From NCBI GenBank assembly GCA_965204535.1, contig CBDBEV010000001.1:416001-480000 (forward strand): a DNA stretch of 64,000 bases, read 5' to 3'. Shown here piece after piece: positions 22,315 to 34,274 of this stretch (positions are counted from its first letter, which is position 1; every line of letters begins with the position of its first letter). The notes beneath the pieces are model-generated. The model ran no database searches and was not told where the DNA came from. It was given only the letters and a program-made list of their open reading frames with translations. This DNA comes from a bacterium (GTDB lineage: Bacteria; UBA8248). A program made the translations under genes and the position numbers.

Positions 22315-22678
22315 GGGTTGTTGAAAAAGTCCTGTCCGACCTTCGAGATTGTTCACCGTAGGGACAGGCCCCTGTGCCTGTCTGAGGAAACGCAACTACG
22401 GGGACAGAAATCCCCGATATGGGCGGCCACGGAGGGCCGCCCCTACGGTTGAATGAAATTTTCCTCCGCGACGAGCGCGGCCCTGGCTTGTCATTCCGGC
22501 GTATGCCGGAATCCAGAACCGATGGGCGTGGAGATACGGCGGCGTTGCGTTCTTCTTCGATGAAGCGGGAATGACACCTGAAAACAAAAAGGCGAAAAGC
22601 GAAACCCCTGGATTCCGGCATACACCGGAATGACGGCGGTGGCCAATTCCAAGCGGGTAGGAGCTTTCCAACAACCCC
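22315..22678. repeat. Composite MITE-like element with nested REP-type palindromes between hisA and hisH
   Basis: Ends GGGTTGTTGAAAA / TTTCCAACAACCC; inside are GTAG-type REPs and an inverted pair of GTCATTCCGGC..GCCGGAATCC palindromes; the same units recur at 42-43 kb and 48.6-49.3 kb. Confidence 0.75.
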
Positions 22679-23341
22679 CTACGAGGCTTTATGCGCGCCG
22701 CAGATGTCGACGAATTTCCTCAAAATCCCCAGACCGAGCGCGCCGCTTTTCTCGGGGTGAAACTGGGTGGCGAAGAGGTTTTCCCGGTGGACGCTGGCGA
22801 TGAAGGGCACGCCGAAATCACACGTCGCCGCGATCCAGGGCCGCGCTGCTTCTGAGGGCTCCGCATAGTAGGAGTGGACGAAATAGAAATGCGCCCCGCT
22901 CGGCAAGCCTTCAAGAATCGGGGAGTGGTTCTGAAACCGCGGCTGATTCCAGCCCATGTGGGGAACCTTCAGGGGCAGCGCGCCGCCGTTTTCGGTCATC
23001 CCCTCGGGAAAGCGCCGCACGCGCCCGGGCAGGATTCCCAGGCCCGGCGTGGCACCGAACTCCTCGCTCTCCTCGAAAAGAATCTGGAGGCCGAGACATA
23101 TCCCGAGATAGGGAACGCCTCTCTCGATGACGCGGCGAAGCGGCCCGGTGAGGCCGGCTTCCTCCAGGGCGCGCATGCAATCGGGGAAACCACCCACGCC
23201 GGGCAGGATGACGCCCCCCGCCGCCTCCAGGACTTCGGGGTCGTCGCTCAGCACCGCCTCCGCACCTATTTTGGCCAGGGCGTTCCGCACGCTCAAAACA
23301 TTTCCCATGCCGTAGTCGACCACGACGATCTCGCCAGTCAT
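22679..23341 (-). CDS. hisH: IGP synthase glutaminase subunit
   Basis: VDYGMGN, LPGVG, GICLGLQ, PHMGWN, YFVHSY, QFHPEKS. Confidence 0.98.
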   Translation of the reverse strand: MTGEIVVVDYGMGNVLSVRNALAKIGAEAVLSDDPEVLEAAGGVILPGVGGFPDCMRALEEAGLTGPLRRVIERGVPYLGICLGLQILFEESEEFGATPGLGILPGRVRRFPEGMTENGGALPLKVPHMGWNQPRFQNHSPILEGLPSGAHFYFVHSYYAEPSEAARPWIAATCDFGVPFIASVHRENLFATQFHPEKSGALGLGILRKFVDICGAHKAS

Positions 23342-23368
23342 GCCACTCCCCATCCCCAAAATGCCGTC

Positions 23369-23971
23369 TTATAGAACACCCTTCGTGCTGGGCACGCTCG
23401 TGTCTCTCGGGTCGAGCGCGACGCCTGCCCGCAGCGCCCGCGCGAAGCCCTTGAATACGGCTTCGACCATGTGGTGACTGTTGTCCCCGTAGCAGACCTC
23501 GATGTGGAGGTCGACGCCCGCGTGGGTGGCCACCGACCAGAAGAACTCGCGCACGAGCGCGGTGTCGAACTCGCCGATTTGGGCTTCGGGGAACGCGGCG
23601 CGGAAGACGAGGTTTCCCCTGCCGCCGAAATCCGCCGCCACGTGAACGAGCGCGTCCATCATGGGTAGGCGCACGTCGGCGTAGCGGGTGATGCCCGCCC
23701 GGTCGCCGAGCGCTTTCGCCAGCGTCCGCCCCAGGATGATGCCTACGTCCTCCACCGTGTGGTGGCCGTCGACGTCCAGGTCCCCCTCCCCGCGGACGGT
23801 CAAATCCACCAGCCCGTGGCGGGCGATCTGGGCGAGCATGTGATCGAAAAAACCGAGGCCGGTATTGATTTCGGCCTCGCCCGCGCCGTCGAGGTTCACC
23901 GCGACGGTGAAATCGGTCTCCTTCGTCTTTCTGCTCACACGCGCTTTTCTCTGCTTGGCTCTCGACGCCAC
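23369..23971 (-). CDS. hisB: Imidazoleglycerol-phosphate dehydratase
   Basis: [31 protein letters not shown]. Confidence 0.98.
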   Translation of the reverse strand: MASRAKQRKARVSRKTKETDFTVAVNLDGAGEAEINTGLGFFDHMLAQIARHGLVDLTVRGEGDLDVDGHHTVEDVGIILGRTLAKALGDRAGITRYADVRLPMMDALVHVAADFGGRGNLVFRAAFPEAQIGEFDTALVREFFWSVATHAGVDLHIEVCYGDNSHHMVEAVFKGFARALRAGVALDPRDTSVPSTKGVL

Positions 23972-24064
23972 CTTCTCTCTCCCGGCGGATGAAAATTTCT
24001 GTGAAAACGCCGCCTTTCGGCAGTGCGATTATGCTTGATCCGCGCGCGCCCCGCCAGCGTCCCA

Positions 24065-25360
24065 TCAGGATGCGCCGCGCCTCAAGCGCAAGGCCCGCGC
24101 GTGCGCGGGCAGGCCTTCGAGATCGGCGAGACGCGCCGCGGGTTCGGCCAGCCGCGCGGCGGCCTCCGCATCGAAACACACCTTGCTCGTCCACTTGATG
24201 AAGTCATACACGCCGAGCGGCGAGGCGAAGCGCGCCGCACCGCCTGTGGGAAGCACGTGGTTGGGGCCAGCAACGTAATCGCCCAAGGCAACCGGACTCC
24301 ACGGCCCGCAAAACACCGCCCCGACATTGCGAACCCCCCCGGCCGCCTCTTCGGCCCGCTCCATCAATATCTCCAGATGCTCGGGCGCGAGCATCTCCGC
24401 CACTTCCAGCGCCTCCTCGCGCGATGCCGCCTCGATGATGGCGCCTCGATTCTCCAAGGCCTGCGCTATCTCCCCGCTCCTTGCAGCTGAGCGCAACTGA
24501 CTCTCCACTTCCCGCTCCAGGGCGTCGGCCACATCCTTGCCCACGCAGACGCCCACGGCCATCGCCTGCGCGTCGTGCTCGGCCTGGGCGAGCAAATCCG
24601 CCGCCGCCCATTCGGCCAGGGCCGCATCGTCGATGAGCACGACCACCTCGCTCGGCCCGGCTTCTTTATCGATTTCCACGCGCTCACGAACCATGCGCTT
24701 GGCGGCGGCGACGTACACGTTGCCCGGCCCCACTATCTTATCCACGCGGGGGACGCTCTGCGTGCCATACGCCATGGCGGCAACCACCTGCGCGCCGCCG
24801 ACGCGCACGACGCGCTTCAGACCCGCCAGAGAAGCCGCCGCCAGCACGGCGGCGGGCACCTCGCCGTTCGGGCCCGGCGGCGTGCACAGAACCAACTCGT
24901 CCACGCCCGCGGCGCGCGCGGGAGTCGCGTTCATAAGCACCGTGGAGGGATAAGCCGCCGTGCCGCCGGGCGCATAGAGGCCCACGCTTTTGAGGGCCGT
25001 GGGTTCGAGCGTGAGCCGCTCGCCGGGCGCAGGCTCGACAGTGATTGTTCGGGGAACCTGCGCCTCGTGAAACGCGCGAATCCGCTCCTCGGCGAGTTTC
25101 AGTGCATCGAGCGTTTCGGACGGCAGGGCATCAAGCGCGCGCGCCATCTCCTCTTGAGCGACGACGAGGCTATCGGCGTCCAGGGAGACGCCGTCGAACG
25201 CCTGAGTCAGTGCGATAAGCGCGTCATCGCCCTCCGCGCGTACGCGCTCGATGATCGCGCGCACATCCGCCTCGACGCGGGAAAACGCATCCTCCCCGCC
25301 CAGGGAGAGGCGCTCGATCCCGGCGGTGAAATTCTCCGCCCCGCAGCTGAAACGCCTCAC
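24065..25360 (-). CDS. hisD: Histidinol dehydrogenase
   Basis: PGG.AAYPST, GPGNVYV, AGPSE, QAEHD, PEHLE, GDYVAGPNHVLPT. Confidence 0.98.
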   Translation of the reverse strand: MRRFSCGAENFTAGIERLSLGGEDAFSRVEADVRAIIERVRAEGDDALIALTQAFDGVSLDADSLVVAQEEMARALDALPSETLDALKLAEERIRAFHEAQVPRTITVEPAPGERLTLEPTALKSVGLYAPGGTAAYPSTVLMNATPARAAGVDELVLCTPPGPNGEVPAAVLAAASLAGLKRVVRVGGAQVVAAMAYGTQSVPRVDKIVGPGNVYVAAAKRMVRERVEIDKEAGPSEVVVLIDDAALAEWAAADLLAQAEHDAQAMAVGVCVGKDVADALEREVESQLRSAARSGEIAQALENRGAIIEAASREEALEVAEMLAPEHLEILMERAEEAAGGVRNVGAVFCGPWSPVALGDYVAGPNHVLPTGGAARFASPLGVYDFIKWTSKVCFDAEAAARLAEPAARLADLEGLPAHARALRLRRGAS

Positions 25361-26067
25361 GCCTTTTCCTCGCCGGACGCAGGCCTCACGCCGTTACCAG
25401 AGCGGTTCACGGCGGGAGGGATCACCCCCTTCAACTGTTCGATGATCGCGCTCACCTTCTTGTAGCTCGTCTTCAAGCTCGCGCGGTTGGCGATGAGCCT
25501 GGCCGTCGCACTGAATATCTCGCGAATCGGCGCCAGCCCGTTGGCCCGCAGCGTCCCGCCGGTGTCGACCAGATCCACGACCAGGTCCGCCACGCCTGTT
25601 GCGGGCGCGATTTCCACGTTGCCGTAGAGCCGGATGATCTTGGCCTGAACCCCCATCTGCTCGAAAAACCGGGTGGTGATGGCGGGAAACTTCGTCGCCA
25701 CGCGCAGCGAGATTCGTCCGGTCAGGTCCGCCCAGGTCATTCCCTCGGGCGCCGCCACCATGAGGCGGCACGGGGCCACCTTCAAGTCCAGGGGTTCGTA
25801 TACGTCGCGCCCTTGCTCCAGCAGCACATCGCGCCCGATGACGCCCAAATCGGCGGCGCCGCGCTCCACGTAGATGGGCACATCGTGGTTCCTGAGGATC
25901 AGGACCCGGATCCCCGTTTTCGGGTCGCGCAGGATGAGCTTGCGGGATGTGTCCGATATCGGTTTAGACAAGACCCCCGCCTTCACCAGACACTCGGTGG
26001 CCTCTGTGAAAATTCTTCCCTTGGGCAGGGCGATGATCAATTCTTTTTCCTGATTCTCTTTCATCAC
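25357..26067 (-). CDS. hisG: ATP phosphoribosyltransferase, short form (needs HisZ, which is not in the window)
   Basis: IALPKGR, DVPIYVE.GAADLG, VATKF, DLVDTGGTLRANGL; no C-terminal regulatory domain. Confidence 0.95.
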   Translation of the reverse strand: MMKENQEKELIIALPKGRIFTEATECLVKAGVLSKPISDTSRKLILRDPKTGIRVLILRNHDVPIYVERGAADLGVIGRDVLLEQGRDVYEPLDLKVAPCRLMVAAPEGMTWADLTGRISLRVATKFPAITTRFFEQMGVQAKIIRLYGNVEIAPATGVADLVVDLVDTGGTLRANGLAPIREIFSATARLIANRASLKTSYKKVSAIIEQLKGVIPPAVNRSGNGVRPASGEEKA

Positions 26068-27323
26068 GACTCCACTTCGCGCCGGATATCCGCGCCGAGC
26101 GCCCTCAACCGCTCCTCGAGCCGCTGATATCCCCTGTCGATATGATATACGTTGCGAACGATGGTTTCTCCTTCAGCCGCCAGACCCGCCAGAACCAGCG
26201 ATGCGCTCGCCCGCAAGTCGGTCGCCGTCACCGAGGCGCCGGCGAGATGCGCCACACCTTCGATGTGCGCCGTCCGGCCGTCGATATGAATCCGCGCGTT
26301 CATTCTGGCAAGCTCGGCGGCGTGCATGAAGCGGTTCTCAAAGATGGTCTCCGTAAGCACGCAGGTTCCGCCCGCCAGCGTCATCAGCGCCATGAACTGG
26401 GCCTGCAAATCCGTGGGGAATCCGGGATAGGGCGCCGTCTTGACGTTCACGGGCCGTACGGAGTCCTCGCCGCGCACGCGAATCCAGTCCGCGCCCTCTG
26501 AAACTTCCAGGCCGGCCTCGCTCAGCTTGAGCGCCAGAGCGTGCACTTGTTCCGGCTCACAATCCGTTATCCTCAAATCCCCTCCCGTGATGGCCGCGGC
26601 AATCATGAGGGTTCCCACCTCGATGCGGTCCGCGGGAACGGCCACGTCGTAGCCCGCGAGGGAATCCACTCCCTCGATCTCGATAACGGGCGTGCCCGCG
26701 CCGCTGACCCTGGCGCCCATCTGGTTCAACAAATCCGCAAGCGCGACCACCTCGGGCTCCAAAGCGGCATTCTCAAGCACTGTGACTCCTTCCGCCAGAG
26801 AGGCCGCCATCATCAGGTTCTTCGTCCCCGTCACCGTCGTGAGGTCGAACGAGATGCGCGCGCCGGTGAGTTTCCGCGCCCCGGCTTCGATGTAGCCCTG
26901 TTCTATCTCGATCTCCGCCCCCATCGCGCTCAGGCCCTTCAGGTGCTGATCGATGGGCCTCGCCCCGATGGCGCAGCCGCCCGGCAGGGAGACCCGGGCC
27001 GAGCCGAAGCGCGCCAGCAACGGCCCCAGCACCAGGATGGAGGCCCGCATCGCCTGCACCAGCTCATAGGGCGCGACGCCGCCGGTGATGTTCGTGGCGT
27101 CCAGGGTGATGCGCCCGGGCGATTCTTCGCGCGTCTTTACGCCGAATTCGCCCAGAAGCCCCAGAATCGTGTTCGTGTCGCGCAAGTCCGGCACGCGCCG
27201 CGCATGGCTGACGCCATCGGCCAGGATGGCGGCGGCCAGAATCGGCAAAGAGGCGTTCTTGGAGCCCGACGCCTCGGTCTCGCCGCGCAGCGGCCTGCCT
27301 CCCCGGATTCGAAATCGCTCCAC
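26064..27323 (-). CDS. murA: UDP-N-acetylglucosamine 1-carboxyvinyltransferase
   Basis: [41 protein letters not shown]. Confidence 0.98.
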   Translation of the reverse strand: MERFRIRGGRPLRGETEASGSKNASLPILAAAILADGVSHARRVPDLRDTNTILGLLGEFGVKTREESPGRITLDATNITGGVAPYELVQAMRASILVLGPLLARFGSARVSLPGGCAIGARPIDQHLKGLSAMGAEIEIEQGYIEAGARKLTGARISFDLTTVTGTKNLMMAASLAEGVTVLENAALEPEVVALADLLNQMGARVSGAGTPVIEIEGVDSLAGYDVAVPADRIEVGTLMIAAAITGGDLRITDCEPEQVHALALKLSEAGLEVSEGADWIRVRGEDSVRPVNVKTAPYPGFPTDLQAQFMALMTLAGGTCVLTETIFENRFMHAAELARMNARIHIDGRTAHIEGVAHLAGASVTATDLRASASLVLAGLAAEGETIVRNVYHIDRGYQRLEERLRALGADIRREVES

Positions 27324-27326
27324 AAC

Positions 27327-28217
27327 CTAAGCCCCCTGAAGTTCCAAAACCCGCTCGCGCCCTGCGAGGTCTTTATGGCGTCTCGTTGCGTGAAAATTCC
27401 CCCGCCTCTGCGAGAAATCCTCCGCCTCGGCCATCTGGCGCGGGTCCATCTCGATCAGCAACGAACCCCCGTGCGCGAGATATGCGGGCGCCTTCTCGAT
27501 GATGCGCCGGATGAGGTCCATCCCGTCCGCGCCGCCGTCCAGCGCGATTCGCGGCTCGAACGATGAAATTTCCGGCATCAAGCCGTCCAGTTCGCCCGTG
27601 GCCACATAGGGCGGGTTCGAGACGATCAAGTCGAACTTCTCCCCTTCGGCGAGCGCCTGAAACAAATCCGAAGCCACGAGTCTCGTTCGGCCGTTCAAAC
27701 CGAATTTTTCGGCGTTTCGCCTCGCCACTTCGAGCGCTTTCGGGCAGAGGTCGAGCAGGGTGACGTGCGCCTCAGTCAATTCACTCGCAACCGCCAGCCC
27801 CACCGCACCGCTGCCGCATCCTACGTCGAGTATCCTGCTCTCTCCCTTCTTTCTCAAAAGCGCCACGGCGCGCTCGACGAGCAACTCCGATTCGGGCCTG
27901 GGAATCAGCACGTCCGGTGAAACGGAAAAAGACATGGACCAGAACTCCCGCTCGCCCAATATATAGGCCATCGGCTCGCGGGCCTCTCTTCTCCGCGCCA
28001 GGGCCTCGGCCTTCGCGAGCGCCTCGTGAGGCACCACCTTTTCAGGATAAGCGTGGAGATGCACCCTGTCGCAGCCTAATACCATCGCCAGGATGAGCCG
28101 CGCATCCAGCCCCGGCGAGTCCACGCCAGCGTCTGCGAGCCGCTTCTCCAGACGGGAGAGCAGAGCGCACACTTTAGATTCTGATTCGCTTTGCGCCGCA
28201 GGAGGAGAAGTCGTCAT
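27327..28217 (-). CDS. prmC: Release factor glutamine methyltransferase
   Basis: [28 protein letters not shown]. Confidence 0.96.
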   Translation of the reverse strand: MTTSPPAAQSESESKVCALLSRLEKRLADAGVDSPGLDARLILAMVLGCDRVHLHAYPEKVVPHEALAKAEALARRREAREPMAYILGEREFWSMSFSVSPDVLIPRPESELLVERAVALLRKKGESRILDVGCGSGAVGLAVASELTEAHVTLLDLCPKALEVARRNAEKFGLNGRTRLVASDLFQALAEGEKFDLIVSNPPYVATGELDGLMPEISSFEPRIALDGGADGMDLIRRIIEKAPAYLAHGGSLLIEMDPRQMAEAEDFSQRRGNFHATRRHKDLAGRERVLELQGA

Positions 28218-29314
28218 TCTGCGGAGTGGGCTTGCGTGCTTTCTTCCAGTTCGGCCAGACGCTCCGCCTCGCGGCTCTCTATCACCCGCTTGACCATATC
28301 GTCGATGCCGCCCTCCATGAAGCCGGGGAGGCCGTGGAGGGTGAGGCCGATGCGGTGATCGGTGATCCTGTCCTGGGGGAAATTGTAGGTCCTGATACGC
28401 TCGCTTCTGTCCCCACTCCCCACGAGGCTTTTGCGGTGCGCGGAACGCTCGGACATCTGCTTCTGGATTTCCATGTCCAGCAGATGCGCCGAGAGTATCT
28501 TCATCGCCTTGGCGCGGTTTTTGTGCTGGCTCTTCTCGTCCTGACAGGTGACGACGAGGCCGGTGGGCACATGGGTGATGCGGACGGCGGAATCGGTCGT
28601 GTTCACGCTCTGGCCCCCCGGGCCCGAGGAGCGGTAGACGTCGATCCGCAAGTCCTTCTCTCCGATGTCGAGCGCAATCTCATCCGCCTCGGGCAGCACG
28701 GCCACCGTGGCGGCGGAGGTGTGGATTCGGCCCTGCGTCTCGGTGACGGGCACCCTTTGGACGCGATGCGTCCCGCTCTCATAGCGCAGGCGGCTGTAGG
28801 CGCCCGCGCCCTTGATGAGCGCGGATACCTCCTTGAGGCCCCCTAAGTCGCTCTCGCTCTTGCTCAACTCCTCCACCCCCCAGCCCTGGAGTTCGGCGTA
28901 ACGGGCGTACATGCGGTACAGATCGCCGGCGAAGAGCGCGGCCTCCTGGCCGCCCGTGCCCGCGCGGACTTCGAGGATGACGTTTTTCTCATCGTTCGGG
29001 TCTTTGGGAAGCAACAGCCGGCGCAGCCGCTCCTCCACCTCTTCGCGCTTCGCGCCCGCGTCTTCGAGTTCCGCCTGCGCGAGTTCGTTCATCTCAGGAT
29101 CCCCCTCATCGAGAAGCGTCTTCGCATCTTCGACGGCGTTTTCGTAGCCGCGCCATTCCTCATAGGCCTGGACGACCTGGGTGAGTTCCTTGTGCTCGCG
29201 GGCGGTCTGCTCGAATTTCTTGCGGTCCTTGAGCAGGGCCGGGTCCGAGAGACGCATCTCCAGCGTCCGGTGCTTTTCGATGATTTGCTCGATTTTTTCG
29301 AACATGGGGGTCAA
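28214..29314 (-). CDS. prfA: Peptide chain release factor 1
   Basis: [15 protein letters not shown] (PVT motif), GGQ, RTYNFPQ. Confidence 0.98.
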   Translation of the reverse strand: MTPMFEKIEQIIEKHRTLEMRLSDPALLKDRKKFEQTAREHKELTQVVQAYEEWRGYENAVEDAKTLLDEGDPEMNELAQAELEDAGAKREEVEERLRRLLLPKDPNDEKNVILEVRAGTGGQEAALFAGDLYRMYARYAELQGWGVEELSKSESDLGGLKEVSALIKGAGAYSRLRYESGTHRVQRVPVTETQGRIHTSAATVAVLPEADEIALDIGEKDLRIDVYRSSGPGGQSVNTTDSAVRITHVPTGLVVTCQDEKSQHKNRAKAMKILSAHLLDMEIQKQMSERSAHRKSLVGSGDRSERIRTYNFPQDRITDHRIGLTLHGLPGFMEGGIDDMVKRVIESREAERLAELEESTQAHSAE

Positions 29315-29426
29315 CCGACGGGCAGCGAATGGGGTGGCCCGGAACAGTCCTCAGGGCCACGAATTCGCGTTTGCCGAGGAACCACCGCCCGGGGCGGCCC
29401 CCAGGCAAACACGGGTGGCTCCGCCC

Positions 29427-30020
29427 TTATGAATCCTCGGGCTTCTCGGCTTCTCCGGAAGGTTCAGGCGCAGGCGACGCTTCGGCTGAATCGTCGTCCA
29501 CAGCGGCGACCGCTTCGGCCGGTTCAGGCTCGGCGGCAGGCGGCGCATCTTCCGCCGCGGCGACTGCTTCTGCCGGTTCGGGTGTGGGCGCGGCATCCTC
29601 GGAGGCGAGAGCTTCGGCCTCGGCGGATTGTTCTTTCGCCGCCTGGGCGGCCTGCCTGGCGGCGCGCTCCTCGGCGCGCTTCTTGCGGGCCTCTTCGCGG
29701 AGCCTTTTCTCCTCCTCCGCCTTCTCGGCGGCCTGCTTCGCCTCGCGCTCCAGCCGGGCCGCGCGCTCCGCCTCGGCGGCGGCGTGTTTACGCTTGCGCT
29801 TGGAGACCCGCGTCTCCTTGCCCTCGAACTTCTTGACGAACTTCTCCACGCGGCCTTCGGTATCGACGATGCGCGCCTGTTTTCCCGTGAAGAACGGGTG
29901 GCACTGCGAGCAGATCTCCACACGGATTTCCTTGCGCGTGGTGAACGTGGTGAACGCGACGCCGCAACCACTGCAGAAGACGCTGCACTCGAACAACTCG
30001 GGATGAATCTCGGCCTTCAT
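29427..30020 (-). CDS. rpmE: 50S ribosomal protein L31 (zinc type) with long C-terminal extension
   Basis: [27 protein letters not shown], then about 125 aa of Ala/Glu/Lys/Pro-rich tail. Confidence 0.93.
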   Translation of the reverse strand: MKAEIHPELFECSVFCSGCGVAFTTFTTRKEIRVEICSQCHPFFTGKQARIVDTEGRVEKFVKKFEGKETRVSKRKRKHAAAEAERAARLEREAKQAAEKAEEEKRLREEARKKRAEERAARQAAQAAKEQSAEAEALASEDAAPTPEPAEAVAAAEDAPPAAEPEPAEAVAAVDDDSAEASPAPEPSGEAEKPEDS

Positions 30021-30172
30021 AACCGGGCGCTCCAAAATTTCAGGGTGAAACGTCGAAAACGATTCCGTAAATTCCGATAAAAACCGGCCTCTCTCCTCTT
30101 CGGAGAGAGCGCTTTATATCGAAACGCCCGCCCCTTGTCTACCCCCAAAATCGGGTGAAAACAAGAAGTTGG

Positions 30173-31465
30173 CTAGTTGTTCATCGAAGCGAGGAAATCC
30201 TCGTTGGTCTTCGTCTCCTGGATTTTCTCGAGCAGGAGCTCCATCGAATCCACCACGCCAAGTGGCTGCAAGACCTTGCGCAACACCCAGACGCGGTTGA
30301 GCTCCTGCGGGCTGAGCAGCAATTCCTCTTTTCTCGTGCCGGACTTGTTGATGTCGACCGAGGGGAACACGCGCTTGTCGGAGAGTTTCCTGTCGAGGTG
30401 CACTTCCATGTTGCCCGTACCCTTGAACTCCTCGAAAATCACGTCGTCCATCCGGCTGCCCGTCTCCACCAGCGCCGTGGCGAGAATGGTGAGGCTGCCG
30501 CCTTCCTCCAGGTTGCGCGCCGCGCCGAAGAAACGCTTGGGCCGCTGGAGCGCGTTCGAGTCTACGCCGCCGGAGAGAACCTTCCCGCTCGGCGAGATGA
30601 TGGTGTTGTGCGCGCGCGCCAGCCGCGTGATGGAATCGAGCAGGATGACGACGTCCTGTTTGTGCTCGGTGAGCCTCTTCGCCTTTTCGATCACCATGTC
30701 CGCCACCTGCACGTGGCGGGAAGCGGGCTCGTCGAAGGTCGAGCTAATCACCTCACCGCGCACGGAGCGCTCCATGTCCGTGACTTCCTCGGGACGCTCG
30801 TCGATGAGCAAAACAATGAGATGCACGTCGGGGTGATTGGTGGCGATGCTCTTCGCGATGGACTGAAGCATCATCGTCTTGCCGGTTCTGGGTGCGGCGA
30901 CGATGAGGCCGCGCTGCCCGAAACCGATCGGCGTCATGAGGTCCAGCACGCGCGAACTCACCTCCTCGCCGGAAATTTCGAGCCCTATCCTGCGGTCCGG
31001 GTACAAGGGGGTGAGGTTATCGAACAGGACTTTGTCCTTGCTCGCCTCGGGTGGTTCGAAATTGATTTTCTCGACCTTCAAAAGCGCGAAATACCGCTCG
31101 CCCTCTTTCGGCTGGCGGATTTCACCGCTCACAGTATCGCCGGTGCGGAGATCGAAGCGGCGGATCTGGCTCGGGGAAACGTAAATATCGTCAGGACCGG
31201 GCAGATAGTTGTATGCGGGCGAACGCAGGAACCCGAACCCGTCCGGCAGAATCTCGAGTACGCCCTCTCCGGTGATGGTTCCGCCACCGCCGTTGCGGTC
31301 CTTGTCGGACTGCGCCTCGAGTATCTTGTATATCAGATCCTGTTTTCTGAGCCCGCTGGCGCTTTCGGAGTTGAACTCCTTGAGAATCTGGTTGAGCTCT
31401 CCGATGGTCTTTTTCTTCAGTTCCGCCAGGTTCAAGCTGCGAGATTTTGTTTCTGGTGTTGACAT
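30173..31465 (-). CDS. rho: Transcription termination factor Rho
   Basis: [44 protein letters not shown]. Confidence 0.99.
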   Translation of the reverse strand: MSTPETKSRSLNLAELKKKTIGELNQILKEFNSESASGLRKQDLIYKILEAQSDKDRNGGGGTITGEGVLEILPDGFGFLRSPAYNYLPGPDDIYVSPSQIRRFDLRTGDTVSGEIRQPKEGERYFALLKVEKINFEPPEASKDKVLFDNLTPLYPDRRIGLEISGEEVSSRVLDLMTPIGFGQRGLIVAAPRTGKTMMLQSIAKSIATNHPDVHLIVLLIDERPEEVTDMERSVRGEVISSTFDEPASRHVQVADMVIEKAKRLTEHKQDVVILLDSITRLARAHNTIISPSGKVLSGGVDSNALQRPKRFFGAARNLEEGGSLTILATALVETGSRMDDVIFEEFKGTGNMEVHLDRKLSDKRVFPSVDINKSGTRKEELLLSPQELNRVWVLRKVLQPLGVVDSMELLLEKIQETKTNEDFLASMNN

Positions 31466-31905
31466 AACTCCCTTCTCCTTGTTGGGTGGGAACCTTTTAC
31501 CGCCTGGAACGTGAGATGGCGCCTTCTGGTCGCACCACTCGCCACATTCTGCGCGGGGAGACTTTTCCTCCTAGCCTCAAGCGGTAAAGTTGATGTAATG
31601 AAATTCCTTCATGTCAGATTCAAAAGCGGGTTCTCATCGCCGGGTGTGATGCGAGGCGCGCATCCGGTGCTTTCAGAGCCGGCCAGGGGCGCGCAAAACC
31701 CGTTGCCGGATTGATATTCTTCCGAGGACAGAAATATGACTGAGTACCCTCGTAATTTCCAAGACAGATTTTTTCTCTTATCGAAATTTCCAAACCGTTG
31801 CGCATCAGATGGTGTTTGAAGTTCAGGGCGACGAAAACGTATCAGGAATAGAATTCAAAAGTGTTTTAAAAAAATAATCAGTTCAAACAAATTTGTCAAC
31901 ACTTT

Positions 31906-32511
31906 TTATTTCATACCCCTGGAAAGTAATTTCATCAACTCCTCTACCTGCTTTCGGGTATCATCGATCGAGCCGCGATTGTCAATCACGTGATCCGCAT
32001 ACTTCACCTTTTCAGACAGCGGCATCTGCGCATTGACGCGCCTGACGGCTTCCTCTTCATTCATGCCGTTTCGCAGGCGCAGCCGGCCGATCTGCTGGGA
32101 TTCATCGCAATCGACAACCACCAGCGAGTCGAACCGCTTCCAGCTCCCCGACTCGATCATGACGGCGGCGTCCACGATCGCGACGGGCGTCCGCCCCTCC
32201 CGTTCGAGGCCTTTCAACCGCCTGTCCTGCTCGGCGATGATTTCAGGATGCAGTATCCCCTCCAGAACTTTCTTTTTCGCCGGGTCTGAAAAAACAATCT
32301 CCCCGAGCCGGGCGCGGTTCAGGCTCTTCTCTTCGGTAAGGACTTCTTCACCAAAAGCATCGACTATCGCCTCAAGAGCGCGAGACCCCGGAGCAACCAC
32401 CTCGCGCGCAATCATGTCCGCGTCGATCACCGGAACGCCGAGATCCCGGAACATCCCGCTTACCGTGGATTTTCCGCTGGCGATTCCCCCGGTCAGGCCA
32501 ACCTTGCGCAC
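31906..32511 (-). CDS. coaE: Dephospho-CoA kinase
   Basis: GLTGGIASGKSTV, DAD..AREVV, ILHP. Confidence 0.96.
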   Translation of the reverse strand: MRKVGLTGGIASGKSTVSGMFRDLGVPVIDADMIAREVVAPGSRALEAIVDAFGEEVLTEEKSLNRARLGEIVFSDPAKKKVLEGILHPEIIAEQDRRLKGLEREGRTPVAIVDAAVMIESGSWKRFDSLVVVDCDESQQIGRLRLRNGMNEEEAVRRVNAQMPLSEKVKYADHVIDNRGSIDDTRKQVEELMKLLSRGMK

Positions 32512-32565
32512 GTCACCGCTTTCCGTTTGTGGGAGGCGTCAAGTCGAGAACATCGGTTGAGGAGA

Positions 32566-32841
32566 TCAAATGCCGCGTCGTTTGGCCTCTTGCTCATAGT
32601 GCTTGTTGAAGAGTATCTCCCAATCACGGCTCCCCTCGACCAGCCTGCTGGAATAGGTGCTCAGAATTCTCCGCACCTCTTCTTCAATCTCGTCATCAAT
32701 GATCAACTCGTTGCTGATGGCGCGAAGAACATTCATGCGCAACTCTTCGGGCTCGACGAGAAAATCCACATCCTCGCACTCTTCCATATCCTTGACGACC
32801 AGATTCGTCAGATGATTGATCTTCTCGCGGCTGAGTTTCAT
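32566..32841 (-). CDS. DUF507 family protein
   Basis: MKLSREKINHL...EEVRRIL; tandem partner of the next gene. Confidence 0.75.
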   Translation of the reverse strand: MKLSREKINHLTNLVVKDMEECEDVDFLVEPEELRMNVLRAISNELIIDDEIEEEVRRILSTYSSRLVEGSRDWEILFNKHYEQEAKRRGI

Positions 32842-32891
32842 GGCCGCGCTCTCCTTGTAAAAAGAATGATCCGAAAAACTTCGCCATGCCG

Positions 32892-33182
32892 CTAAAGCAC
32901 GAGATTCCGCTCGCGCGCCAGCTTGGTTTTCACCATCGTGAACATCCGGCTGTAGTCCACGTTGCCCCTGTCCATCTCCTCCTCGAAATCCCGCAGGATT
33001 TCCTTGACCTCGTCGTTCAAGCGGTCTTCCACCATCAGGTCTGCTTCGATGACGTGCGCTATCCGGGTCCGAAGCACTTCATGGTTCGAATCCTCGGACA
33101 TCAATTCGCGGCGAACCAGCCTCTCGACGATCCTGTGGGCGATTCGCTCGATCATCTCTTTTCGCAATCTCATACCGGGCAC
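32892..33182 (-). CDS. DUF507 family protein
   Basis: MRLRKEMI...EDRLNDEVKEIL...MFTMVKTKLARER. Confidence 0.8.
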   Translation of the reverse strand: MPGMRLRKEMIERIAHRIVERLVRRELMSEDSNHEVLRTRIAHVIEADLMVEDRLNDEVKEILRDFEEEMDRGNVDYSRMFTMVKTKLARERNLVL

Positions 33183-33196
33183 TCCCCAACAATTTA

Positions 33197-34264
33197 TCAG
33201 GCCGGATTAGCTGCTTTTCTCCCGCGACGGCTCTTGCGGTACTTCTTCAAGGCGGCTTCCAGATCCTGAGCGAACGCATCTCGCAATTCGGCCGGGGCCA
33301 TCAACTCCGCCTCCTGACCGAAAGACATCAGCCATCGCCTGAAACCCCATATGTCACTTACCCGAACCGTCACGTCGCGGCTCGGTTTGCCCGATTTCTT
33401 CAAAAGCGCCACTTCACCGAACGCTTCTTTCATGAAGGCGACGACTGCATGAAGCGACACGTCCTTCCCGAACCGGACCTTCACATTCAAACCATTATTC
33501 ACCGCTTCGCGCAAGCACTCGGCCAGCAAAGCTTTCAAATCCAGGCCCAGCGGCATCTGGAAGGCCCCGGCCATGATGCGGACGCTCTCTATGCCCTCCA
33601 GGTGCCAGACGTCCAGGGCGTTTTTCTCGGATTCGCGCGCCAGCAGGTGATAGCTTCCTCCATCGAAATGCAACAGATAGGGGTCCACCTTCCACCAGCG
33701 TTTCCGAATCTCGCCCGCGCGCGCCGCCAGGATTCGCGCAGGCCTTCCCTTCTCTATCGCCTCGCTCAGGACGCCGCCTACCCTACGCTGCCGCCCGTGC
33801 TCTCTGAGCGCTCCCACGACCCCGGCGTAGCGCGGCTCCACTCCCTCCGCATAGGCGCGCAAAGCCGCAGGAATATAACTCCGCAACCGGCTGAAAACGC
33901 CGCCGACGCTGTCGCCGAGCGACTGCTCTCTCAATGGGCTGCTCGGCAAATCCCGCATCATGCACAGGGCGTAATACAATGACGCCCACTGAGAAGGTGA
34001 AAACGGCTTCGGAACCGAATCCACATATTCCCTCAACAAACGATACCGCATCTTCCGGCCCGTGCGAACCCTCTCCAGCGGAAACCCCGCCTTGGCCAAA
34101 TGCGAAATATCCCTTTGAAGCGTTCTCAAGCTCCAGGTTTGGCCGTCGCCTTCGGCCGGCTCCTCGCTCAGGACCGCCAGGAGTTCTTCATAGGACCAGC
34201 TCTCTCCGCTCTCCAGAGCTCTGAGAAGCCGCCAGCGACGAATGAATTGATCCTGAAGCGCCAT
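33197..34264 (-). CDS. HTH-WYL-WCX transcriptional regulator (PafB/C-like)
   Basis: N-terminal wHTH (SLRTLQRDISHL..AGFP), central VDPYLL..YHLLA, C-terminal WLMSFG..AELMAP.ELR; start at MALQDQ after AAGGAAGG. Confidence 0.8.
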   Translation of the reverse strand: MALQDQFIRRWRLLRALESGESWSYEELLAVLSEEPAEGDGQTWSLRTLQRDISHLAKAGFPLERVRTGRKMRYRLLREYVDSVPKPFSPSQWASLYYALCMMRDLPSSPLREQSLGDSVGGVFSRLRSYIPAALRAYAEGVEPRYAGVVGALREHGRQRRVGGVLSEAIEKGRPARILAARAGEIRKRWWKVDPYLLHFDGGSYHLLARESEKNALDVWHLEGIESVRIMAGAFQMPLGLDLKALLAECLREAVNNGLNVKVRFGKDVSLHAVVAFMKEAFGEVALLKKSGKPSRDVTVRVSDIWGFRRWLMSFGQEAELMAPAELRDAFAQDLEAALKKYRKSRRGRKAANPA

Positions 34265-34274
34265 GTGGCCTTCC

